The notes beneath the pieces are model-generated. The model had not been told where the DNA came from. It ran no database searches and worked only from the letters and a program-made list of their open reading frames with translations. Made by a program: the position numbers and the translations under genes. A stretch of 64,000 nt of DNA from Thermoproteota archaeon (GTDB lineage: Archaea > Thermoproteota > Thermoprotei > Thermofilales > B9-G17): the NCBI GenBank assembly GCA_029258885.1, contig JAPDJW010000002.1, positions 96,001 through 160,000 of the forward strand. Direction: 5' to 3'. Of the stretch, positions 17,952 through 26,139 are shown in pieces (positions within the stretch are counted from its first letter, which is position 1; the number at the start of each line of letters is the position of its first letter).

Positions 17952-19676
17952 ATGAGCAGATTTGGTTTAGGTATAAAGGTCTGGCATGATAGGAGAGCCG
18001 TTAGCCCTGTTGTCGCTACAGTGATTTTGGTTGCTATTGCTATAACGCTTGCAATAGCATTTGCATTTTGGGCTTCAGGACTATTAGGTGCCATCGGATA
18101 TGGTACTAGACCTGTTAAGTTGGCTATATATAGTGACCTTGAACTGTATGGCGGGTATTTCGTTATTCTCGTTAAAAATTTAGGGAGCGATATAGTCTTT
18201 ATCGATAAGATGTTTATAGATGGTAAGCCGGTAAGCTATATTTTTGATGCACAAACATATCCTCCGCCCGGCGATGTTAGATGGATGTATGAAGCTGGTA
18301 GTGGAATAATAGTGTACATTAATCCAGGAGAAACTGTACAGATTAAGGGTGTTATTAAAAATATAACCCTTGCACCGGGCGTAACTCATGAGGTAACACT
18401 ACACACTACATTAGGCTTTGAGTTTCACAGAGCTCTTCATGCAAGAGTAGTTTCGCCGATGGCATTTCCGAGTGGCGGTATAGTAGCATATAACACAGGA
18501 CTAAAAGATCCAAATGATCCAAGCAAGAGACTAATTTTTGTATACTTAAAGATTCGAAATCAGTGGCAGGATGACTTGGAGATATATAAAGTTGAATTCT
18601 ACAATCCTGACACAAGGGAGAAGGTTGGAGAGGAGGAATTAGCTAATCCTCTAGTTATAGCTCCTGGAGAAGAGTGGGAGCCTAAGAATCTTTCGGATCT
18701 TATAAGAGTGAGCATCAGTCCAGGAGAATATATAGTTAATGTTACGTGGAAGTGTGGAAAGAGGGGCGGTGGATTAGCAAGTTTTGTAAACGTAGGTAGC
18801 GAGGTTATAAAAGCATACGTAATATACATAACTATAGATGACGAAGATCCCAGCAATGTTATTAATGAGAAGTATCCTGCATGGCATAGAGATCCCCAGC
18901 CGTTCGTGGATATATTACAACAATATTTTGATGTAATAATTATTAGTAATATGAGTCAACTCAAAGATTTTATAGAAAATCCGCCAGACGGCCATTATAT
19001 AGTTATAAACGCACACAGTGAGCCTCTTCCAATACCTAAAGCATATTTGGATGCTAATGGAGGATTAAGCGGATTCAGAGATTCCGTTAAGGAGTGGCAC
19101 GAAAAAATAAAGGATCTTGTTTCAGGCGGCAGAGTATGGACACAGCCGACGGGTTATCCATTCTGGGGAACAGCGAATAAAAGGTATGCAAGGATATATG
19201 GTTGTAGCGGATGGACTAGCGGATGGGGACAGACGATAAATAGTTGGTCAGGGCTTGATTCATGCACGGGCGGTGCCACCGAGAAAACTAGTGGAGGATC
19301 AGTAACATATGATGGCGTAAGATGGGCTACTGGTTTACCCTATGGTAATACAGGAACATGGAACTGTAAACATACTTCAACAAATCTTGTAGATGATCTA
19401 AATAACGTCTTTACTGGAGCTAATTTACCAACGGGGACCGCTACAGACTGGGATGGCTGGGATACGTTTGATGTAAGTAGCGTGCCTGATGATCAGAAGA
19501 TGGTTTTCTACGAGTATGGTGGTAAGCCCATAATTTACGCGCTTAAAGTAGGTGGTGGATGGTACGTTTTTATAAGCGTAGATAGGCCTCCCGATACATC
19601 ATCGGATCTTTCAGCTAAAATGGCCTCATATATATCCGTATACGTATACTTAACGTACTTTGTTGTAAAGAAGTAG
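17952..19676 (+). CDS. Archaeal pilin N-terminal domain with a second beta-sandwich and an unassigned C-terminal domain
   Basis: RRA/VSPVVATVILVAIAITLAIAFAFW, then GAIGYGTRP and VKNLGSDIVFIDKMFIDG. Confidence 0.85.
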   Translation: MSRFGLGIKVWHDRRAVSPVVATVILVAIAITLAIAFAFWASGLLGAIGYGTRPVKLAIYSDLELYGGYFVILVKNLGSDIVFIDKMFIDGKPVSYIFDAQTYPPPGDVRWMYEAGSGIIVYINPGETVQIKGVIKNITLAPGVTHEVTLHTTLGFEFHRALHARVVSPMAFPSGGIVAYNTGLKDPNDPSKRLIFVYLKIRNQWQDDLEIYKVEFYNPDTREKVGEEELANPLVIAPGEEWEPKNLSDLIRVSISPGEYIVNVTWKCGKRGGGLASFVNVGSEVIKAYVIYITIDDEDPSNVINEKYPAWHRDPQPFVDILQQYFDVIIISNMSQLKDFIENPPDGHYIVINAHSEPLPIPKAYLDANGGLSGFRDSVKEWHEKIKDLVSGGRVWTQPTGYPFWGTANKRYARIYGCSGWTSGWGQTINSWSGLDSCTGGATEKTSGGSVTYDGVRWATGLPYGNTGTWNCKHTSTNLVDDLNNVFTGANLPTGTATDWDGWDTFDVSSVPDDQKMVFYEYGGKPIIYALKVGGGWYVFISVDRPPDTSSDLSAKMASYISVYVYLTYFVVKK

Positions 19677-19772
19677 TCGGCTCTCCTACTAACTTCGCAC
19701 TATTTTTCATCAACTAATTTTAAGCGTAATATTTAAAAGATTAAATAGCTTAAATAGAATGGTGTTTAATAT

Positions 19773-20903
19773 TTGGTTTGTAGTGGGTGTGTTATTAAGT
19801 TAGATGATGATAATAATAAAACAGGTATTAGTCCCGTTGTAGCAACAATAATAATTATTGCTGTTGCAATAGCTATAGGAATAGCGTTTTCATTCTGGGT
19901 TTCCGGAATACTTAGTGCTATAGGCTATGGTACTAGGCCTATAATGTTATCGGTGTGGGAGTTTAGAATTTATGGATCGACGATACTTATTAGCGTTAAG
20001 AATTCTGGTGGAGATACCGTTTATATTAATCGAATAACGATAAATGGTAAGTGGGAGCCTAGGGTACTTTCTGCGTACTTATATGGAACTTCCGAGAGTA
20101 GAATTAGCTGGGATGGTGATGAATATTTAATAAGAGTGGATCCCGGAGAATTTGTTGAGATATGGTGTTTAGCTCCTGAGGACATGAAAATAGTTCCTGG
20201 ACATATACTTCAGGTTGAGATAGGGACAACCATAGGTTTTGCATCGCCTAAAGACATTAAAGTTGAGAGGGGTGCATTAGTGCCGCCTACACTAGACATC
20301 TACATACATCAACGTAATGTTACATATAGTGTAGACTTCATTAGAATGAAGTGGCTTATCCATCGAGGCGTTCCTGGAAACTTTAGCGATATTGATATTA
20401 TAGCTAATGGGTCGTTAGTATTCTTAGATACATATTACATCGAGGTCAACGATACGTTAAAACAGCAGCCGGTTATAGTGGTTAAAAATCCATTAGCTGG
20501 TAAAGATAACTACATAATCTGGATGAACCACAATGATGTAAGCTACGAGTGGGGATCAGGATATTATAATTTATCAAAGGTTGATGAAGCAGTCCCTTAC
20601 CTAGATTTTATAATATTTTTTGAGGATCTATGGAATCCTCCGAATAATGCAGGAGACGCTGACTATAACGAGCACGTAACACGAGTAACATGGCTTAGAG
20701 ACGGCTCTGCAAGAGTTGCAGTATACTTCGGAGCCCACGGCTACACATTTGATGTATATGTTGGAGGAAAATACGTATATACTATAAGTGGATCCTACCA
20801 TAACATTACGAGGTCTGATTATAAACTGGATATTTGTGATGAATGCCCTATGGATGACTTAAGAGAATATCTTTCGAATAAGGTTTTCATAGTTAAGCCA
20901 TAG
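19773..20903 (+). CDS. Archaeal pilin N-terminal domain with a C-terminal domain bearing an FEDL..GD.DYN motif
   Basis: KTG/ISPVVATIIIIAVAIAIGIAFSFW, then SAIGYGTRP and VKNSGGDTVYINRITING. Confidence 0.85.
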   Translation: MVCSGCVIKLDDDNNKTGISPVVATIIIIAVAIAIGIAFSFWVSGILSAIGYGTRPIMLSVWEFRIYGSTILISVKNSGGDTVYINRITINGKWEPRVLSAYLYGTSESRISWDGDEYLIRVDPGEFVEIWCLAPEDMKIVPGHILQVEIGTTIGFASPKDIKVERGALVPPTLDIYIHQRNVTYSVDFIRMKWLIHRGVPGNFSDIDIIANGSLVFLDTYYIEVNDTLKQQPVIVVKNPLAGKDNYIIWMNHNDVSYEWGSGYYNLSKVDEAVPYLDFIIFFEDLWNPPNNAGDADYNEHVTRVTWLRDGSARVAVYFGAHGYTFDVYVGGKYVYTISGSYHNITRSDYKLDICDECPMDDLREYLSNKVFIVKP

Positions 20904-21002
20904 CTACAATGATTTAAAGGTCATTATCTTTTCAGGAAGTTACCTTAAATGTATCCTATGGAATAGAGTAACAAGGATTTTAGATAATCCAGGTTCAGAT
21001 CC

Positions 21003-21401
21003 TTGAAGAATTTTGTAGATGCTTTGCTTAGGGAGGAGTATGGGAATGTTTTGTCTATAGTTCTTTTTGGTTCTATGGCTAAGGGTACATACAATAGGTT
21101 TAGCGACTTCGATCTGATAGTAGTTGTTAGGGAGGAGGAGTTGCCGTCTAAGGATAGGCCGCTCAAGTACTTGAAATACTCTGATGGGTGGGTCGAGGCT
21201 TTTGTCTATACGAGGGAGGAGGTTGAGTACATGTTTAAGGAGCTTAACCCATTTATACTGGAGGCATTAAAGGACGGCATTATGATATACGACGACGGTT
21301 TCTGGTCTAAACTGCGTAGTAAGTTTGAGGAGCTTATGGAGAAGGGGATTATAAGGCCTAAGAAGAACGGCTGGATCATTTCACGGCAGGCTGGGAGCTG
21401 A
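21003..21401 (+). CDS. Minimal nucleotidyltransferase (MNT) domain protein
   Basis: SIVLFGSMAKGTYNRFSDFDLIVV (GS...DxD motif). Confidence 0.85.
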   Translation: MKNFVDALLREEYGNVLSIVLFGSMAKGTYNRFSDFDLIVVVREEELPSKDRPLKYLKYSDGWVEAFVYTREEVEYMFKELNPFILEALKDGIMIYDDGFWSKLRSKFEELMEKGIIRPKKNGWIISRQAGS

Positions 21402-21467
21402 GATTCTCAGGGGGTCTGTATCTTAGGCTAATCCTTATTATGACGTATAACGTTACTAAGGGTAGGT

Positions 21468-21806
21468 ATGTTCGATTTGATGAGGAAGTATCTCCGTTTG
21501 GAGGCGGAGATGAGGGAGAGGAAGAGGAGGGAGCTGTTAGCTAGGACTATCTCCGCATTGAATAAGCTTAGTTTAAGGGTTAAGTTTAGGGAGGCATACA
21601 TCTTCGGCTCAATAACTAAGCCGTACATGTTCTTCGACTCCTCGGACGTAGATATAGCTTTCCTCGGGCTAGAGGAGGATAAGCTCTTCTTTACGGTTGC
21701 CTTTTTAAGCGAGGAAATAGGTAGGGACGTCGACGTTATCGAGCTCGAGAAAGCTTCATTTAAAGATAAAATTCTTAGGGAGGGGATTAGGTGGAGGCCG
21801 AGCTAG
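21468..21806 (+). CDS. Minimal nucleotidyltransferase (MNT antitoxin)
   Basis: AYIFGSITKP...SSDVDIAF...RDVDVIEL; overlaps the HEPN gene. Confidence 0.88.
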   Translation: MFDLMRKYLRLEAEMRERKRRELLARTISALNKLSLRVKFREAYIFGSITKPYMFFDSSDVDIAFLGLEEDKLFFTVAFLSEEIGRDVDVIELEKASFKDKILREGIRWRPS

Positions 21807-22268
21807 CGGTACTCCTATCCGAAATGGAGTTTCAGTGGAAACAGATACTGAAGATATACGATCGTATTTCAGAGAAATTGACCCGGTTAAAGAGGGATAA
21901 GAGCAACGAGGATCTAAGGGATTCACTAGCATATCAGCTACATAATCTCTATTGCGCATATGAGGATCTCTTCTCTATTGTTGCAAAGTTCTTCGAGAAT
22001 AGGATTAATGATCCAAGTAGGTACCGCATTAGGTTGCTTAGGAGGATGATGATGGATATTGAAGGCGTTAGGCCGAAGCTTATCTCCGAAGAAAGTTTCC
22101 AGTATCTAAAACGAGCTAAGGGGCTTCAGGCACGTCTTTAGGCACGCCTATGGTATTGAATTAGATGTCGATAGAGTAATATTGTTGGCTGAGAAATCTC
22201 TAAAGCTTAAGGATATCTTTCAGAGGGATCTAGAGAATTTTAGGAGAAATCTTATGGAGGGCTACTAG
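21791..22268 (+). pseudogene. HEPN (HepT-like) RNase toxin with a +1 frameshift
   Basis: Removing one A from the A4 run at 22108-22111 restores ...YLNELRGFRHVFRHAYGIELDVDRV...GY* ending at 22268, including the HEPN RxxxxH motif. Confidence 0.8.
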
Positions 22269-22271
22269 AGT

Positions 22272-22910
22272 TTAATATAACTCTATAATATACTCCTTAG
22301 GCACCATATTATTAACTACTTTAACCCCTTCTCTTCTCAGTATCTCAGCCTTTATGTTAACATACTCCCTGCCGTCAAGATATCCGCCTAAACCGCCGTC
22401 CTTCCTAACAACCCTATGACACGGAAAGACGAGCGGGAACGGGTTCATCGCCAACGCTTTAGCTGCTACTCTAGGGGATTTAAGGTCCATATATAGTGCC
22501 AGTTCACTATACGTAGTAACCTTTCCACGAGGTATAAGTCTTAGTGTTCTCAACGTAGCAATATAGCGTAGCCTTAGCCTAGTAAATCTCACTCTAAACT
22601 TCATTCTAACATCCTCACCTAGAAAGAGCCTAACTATACCGTTAGCGTGCCTATAGCTGGCCGTCTTACAGCTGTGTATTCTATTCGCCCTATTCAACAG
22701 CTTCTTGCTAAGCTTTACTGGCGATGTCAGCTTCAAAAAGTTTAGAGCTTCCACCGGATCCTTCGACGGTATTCCATTAGCTAGCATGTATCCTAGGTCG
22801 TCATATAGCAGGTATATGTGATACCCATCCACCACGTGGTGTCTAAGCGTAAGCCTATACATAATTATCCTAGAGTAAGTCTTATTATTGTGAATATCAA
22901 ATGATAGCAT
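22272..22910 (-). CDS. ogt: Methylated-DNA--protein-cysteine methyltransferase
   Basis: IPRGKVTTYSELA...NPFPLVFPCHRVV active site; the true start may be the ATG at 22862. Confidence 0.92.
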   Translation of the reverse strand: MLSFDIHNNKTYSRIIMYRLTLRHHVVDGYHIYLLYDDLGYMLANGIPSKDPVEALNFLKLTSPVKLSKKLLNRANRIHSCKTASYRHANGIVRLFLGEDVRMKFRVRFTRLRLRYIATLRTLRLIPRGKVTTYSELALYMDLKSPRVAAKALAMNPFPLVFPCHRVVRKDGGLGGYLDGREYVNIKAEILRREGVKVVNNMVPKEYIIELY

Positions 22911-22947
22911 GCAATATAGGAGTAACGTTTAGAATACAGGGGTAACG

Positions 22948-23292
22948 ATGAAATATTTAAAGCTAAAGTCCTTTGACGATCTAATACGCGTAGTATTATC
23001 AACCCAGCAGCCCGTGTTACATCACATAGACATAGGAGATAGGCACATTTACCTAATTCCCTACGCCATCTTTGGAAACGCAAATCTAGTATATTATGTG
23101 GAGATGGAAACCCCCGTAAAGGGCAAATACGTAGTCTATGATAAATTCAATGGATCAATATCATTCTCCGACCACGTTACGCCAGATACTAGGCTAACCT
23201 ATCTGCCAATCGTGGATGTTGAGGAGCAGAACTTATTCTCAGAGAAAATATTTAAGAAGAAAAAGAAGGAGAAAAAGAGTAAAAACAAGTAA
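22948..23292 (+). CDS. Small conserved hypothetical protein with a Lys-rich tail
   Basis: Plausible 114-aa ORF; resembles small uncharacterised crenarchaeal proteins (from recall only). Confidence 0.6.
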   Translation: MKYLKLKSFDDLIRVVLSTQQPVLHHIDIGDRHIYLIPYAIFGNANLVYYVEMETPVKGKYVVYDKFNGSISFSDHVTPDTRLTYLPIVDVEEQNLFSEKIFKKKKKEKKSKNK

Positions 23293-23298
23293 AAAAAT

Positions 23299-23838
23299 TT
23301 ACAGGTATTTTCTACAGTTGTCGCACCACCATCTCTTATATTGTGGAATCCATCTAGCAGGCTTACCGCATGTTGGGCAGAGAACCTGAGCTGGCTTAGC
23401 AGCCGTAGGAGTAGTTGTCGGAGTAGCTGCGGTTGAGGGAGGCGGATAAGTCGGAGGCAAATACTTCCTGCAGTTGTCGCACCACCATCTCTTATATTGT
23501 GGAATCCATCTAGCAGGCTTACCGCATGTTGGGCAGAGAACCTGAGCTGGCTTAGCAGCCGTAGGAGCTGCTGGCTTTACTTCGGGCATAGCAGGCTTAG
23601 TCACAGGTACGGCTGGTTTCTCAACTTTAACTGCCTCCTTTAAAAGGATTATATCGCCGACTTCACCTACGTTATCCCACGGCACCTCGACCTCTCCGCC
23701 AGCGACAGTTGCAATTATTAGAAATATCTTCCCCTCCTCAGGCGATAATCCAAGATCCCTTACAGTACCTACCTTAGTGGCATCTGGATTGTATACTTCC
23801 ATTCCAATAAGCTTGGATCTCGACAATACCTTAGGCAT
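23299..23838 (-). CDS. PRC-barrel protein with two tandem C-terminal zinc-ribbon repeats
   Basis: SKLIGMEVYNPDATKVGTVRDL...VPWDNVGEVGDIILLK (PRC barrel), plus two copies of CPTCGKPARWIPQYKRWWCDNCRKYL. Confidence 0.85.
   Translation of the reverse strand: MPKVLSRSKLIGMEVYNPDATKVGTVRDLGLSPEEGKIFLIIATVAGGEVEVPWDNVGEVGDIILLKEAVKVEKPAVPVTKPAMPEVKPAAPTAAKPAQVLCPTCGKPARWIPQYKRWWCDNCRKYLPPTYPPPSTAATPTTTPTAAKPAQVLCPTCGKPARWIPQYKRWWCDNCRKYL
23315..23567. repeat. 97-bp identical direct repeat (23315-23411 and 23471-23567)
   Basis: Both copies read cagttgtcgcaccacc...gcagccgtaggag identically, offset by 156 nt. Confidence 0.9.
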
Positions 23839-23987
23839 ACCTAGTACACCTTCATATGTTATATAATGCCTATACTAATATACTTAACTTCTTTTAGTAT
23901 GATCATCCCCTCGGTAAACTTCGTTAAGCTAAAATATATGTTGTTAATAATAGAAGTCTAACGATTCTTCTTAGGTAGTGGGGAGGA

Positions 23988-24929
23988 ATGCTCATAGTAC
24001 TTACTGTGCTTTTGGCGCTATATATATCGTGGAGCATAGGATCTAATGACGAGACGATGGGTACCTTAGCTGGTTGTGGTTATATATCAATAGGTAGAGC
24101 TGTTCTAATAGGAGCGATAGCTGATGCGCTAGGTGCAATATTACTTGGGTATAGGGTTGAGGAGACTATAGGTAGAGGGTTAATTTCAGTTGACCTCACG
24201 TATTACGACATCTTTGTAATTATGGTGTCTATGGCTACATGGCTCATAATATCATCTGCTATGGGTATACCCATATCGACTACTCACTCCATAGTCGGGG
24301 CGGTGACAGGGCTAGGCGCATACAAGTATGGCTTGCAGAGCCTAAATCTTAAATCCCTAGTTAGGATTGCCGCAGGATGGATCTTATCTCCTTTAATAGG
24401 GGTAATTATGGCCTATTTTATGGAAAAGTTTGTCAGCATGTATTTAAAGCGTAGAGTGAGAGGGTTAATTGATAGACTAAGAGTGGGAAGGTTTTCGGGT
24501 CTAATGTTGCTAGTATGGACAACTTATACTTCTTTCTTTAGAGGCGCTAACGACATAGCAAATGCAACGTCCTTCATAAGTTTAATGTTCGATCCAATAC
24601 TTGCAAGAACCATATGCGGTATAGGCATGGCAGTAGGCGTTCTTACGCTTGGACGCCGTGTCGTAAGGACTGTTGGAGAGGAGCTTGTAGAACTAGATCC
24701 TGTATCGGCTTTAGCAGTACAGATTTCGGTAGCATCAACCTTATCAATAGGTACTATGCTAGGTCTGCCTCTTTCAGGATCGCAAATTTTAGTTGCAGCT
24801 ATAATAGGTATAGGGCTTGCAAGAGGAAGCTGGATAAATATTCAGGAGCTTAAACACATGATATTAACTTGGATAACTACTTTCCCTGGTGCAGCTATAC
24901 TAGCGATAGCCTTCGCCTATGTAATATGA
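23988..24929 (+). CDS. Inorganic phosphate transporter, PiT family
   Basis: GSNDETMG, GIPISTTHSIVG, GANDIAN and GLPLSGSQ signature motifs. Confidence 0.92.
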   Translation: MLIVLTVLLALYISWSIGSNDETMGTLAGCGYISIGRAVLIGAIADALGAILLGYRVEETIGRGLISVDLTYYDIFVIMVSMATWLIISSAMGIPISTTHSIVGAVTGLGAYKYGLQSLNLKSLVRIAAGWILSPLIGVIMAYFMEKFVSMYLKRRVRGLIDRLRVGRFSGLMLLVWTTYTSFFRGANDIANATSFISLMFDPILARTICGIGMAVGVLTLGRRVVRTVGEELVELDPVSALAVQISVASTLSIGTMLGLPLSGSQILVAAIIGIGLARGSWINIQELKHMILTWITTFPGAAILAIAFAYVI

Positions 24930-24999
24930 ATAGTTTCCCTTTTACTCTCTAAGATTCGTAAATAATCTTTGGGCGAGATTACTACCAGTTTTAAATATA

Positions 25000-25677
25000 T
25001 CACCTTAGTGCTCTTATCACTATCGCTTTAATTACGTCAGAAACATCCTCGCATGCATCAGTTAAGTTTTCAATGGATTCTATGAGCTTTTCATATAATA
25101 TTAGCTCGCAACCATGCCTGCTACTCATATCTCCAAGCTTATGTAGGCATCTAACATAGAGTTCATCTACTAGCTCCTCTACTTCCTCAAGGTCGTGTGC
25201 TATCTTAATTACGTCCTCAAAATCCTTCTTCATTATAGCTATCTCCGAGTAAAGGAGGCCTGAACATTTCAAGGTTAATTTAATCATTCTCGAAATTAAT
25301 TCCTTCATCTCATCATCAAGCCTAGATAGCTCGATTATTTTCAGTATTCTAGAGGCTTCCTTAGCCCAATCGGCTATCATATCCATCTTCTCGGTTAATC
25401 TTACGAAGTCCTCACGACTCAGGGGTGGAACAACCCCCTTAGCAATATTCGAGACTATTTCTCTCCTAATGGCGTCAGCCTCCTCCTCCCTCCTCATAAC
25501 TAAGCTAATCTTTTCATCCGAGCATAATTTCTCTCCTTTAATGGAACATTCAATAGCTTGGCTTAGATACTCAACAGCCTTACAGCACATTTCAGCGTGA
25601 CTCAAAACCTTCTCTAAAAGCTCTTCTTCAGGAGACTTCAAAATCCGCTTAAATATTCCGCTCAAAGTAGCACCCAA
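25000..25677 (-). CDS. DUF47 / PhoU-like phosphate transport regulator
   Basis: EEEADAIRREI...PPLSREDF...EEVEELVDELY...DACEDVSD; adjacent to PiT. Confidence 0.88.
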   Translation of the reverse strand: MGATLSGIFKRILKSPEEELLEKVLSHAEMCCKAVEYLSQAIECSIKGEKLCSDEKISLVMRREEEADAIRREIVSNIAKGVVPPLSREDFVRLTEKMDMIADWAKEASRILKIIELSRLDDEMKELISRMIKLTLKCSGLLYSEIAIMKKDFEDVIKIAHDLEEVEELVDELYVRCLHKLGDMSSRHGCELILYEKLIESIENLTDACEDVSDVIKAIVIRALR

Positions 25678-25725
25678 GTTAAAAACTTATAATACCCTAT
25701 ATTATAATGTTAAGGGGGGATTTTC

Positions 25726-26139
25726 ATGTCAGAAGACATAGTGGTAAAGGGTTATGTAGTTAAAAAAGATCTATTATACACGGATAAGCACTGCTGGGTG
25801 AAGATAGAGGATGGAAAGGCTAAGATAGGTATTACCGATTATGCTCAGAAAAAGCTCGGTGAAATAATGAATGTAGAGCTCCCATCTGTTGGAAGCGAGT
25901 TTAACTTGGGGGAAGCAGTTGCTACAGTGGAGGCTCTTAAAACGGTGGAGGATATCTACATGCCACTGTCTGGTAAAGTCATAGAGGTTAATGAAAGACT
26001 GAGTAGTGAACCAGAGCTACTAAATACGAGCCCGTATGAGGATGGATGGATTGCTACTATTGAGATAAAGGATGAATCTGAAGTTAAAAAGTTGCTTACT
26101 CCCGAAAAATACTCTGAGCTTATTGAGAAGGAGGAATAA
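25726..26139 (+). CDS. gcvH: Glycine cleavage system H protein (lipoyl carrier)
   Basis: GITDYAQKKLGEI, VEALKTVEDIYMPLSG and NTSPYEDGWI motifs. Confidence 0.92.
   Translation: MSEDIVVKGYVVKKDLLYTDKHCWVKIEDGKAKIGITDYAQKKLGEIMNVELPSVGSEFNLGEAVATVEALKTVEDIYMPLSGKVIEVNERLSSEPELLNTSPYEDGWIATIEIKDESEVKKLLTPEKYSELIEKEE

Noticed and set aside
6670-20903. Archaellum (flagellum) operon
   Set aside because: No arlF/G/H or che genes; the pilins have short SPV-type pilin domains rather than archaellin bodies
25726-26139. Orphan gcvH as a novel system
   Set aside because: Stand-alone H proteins are common in archaea, and partner genes may lie elsewhere in the genome
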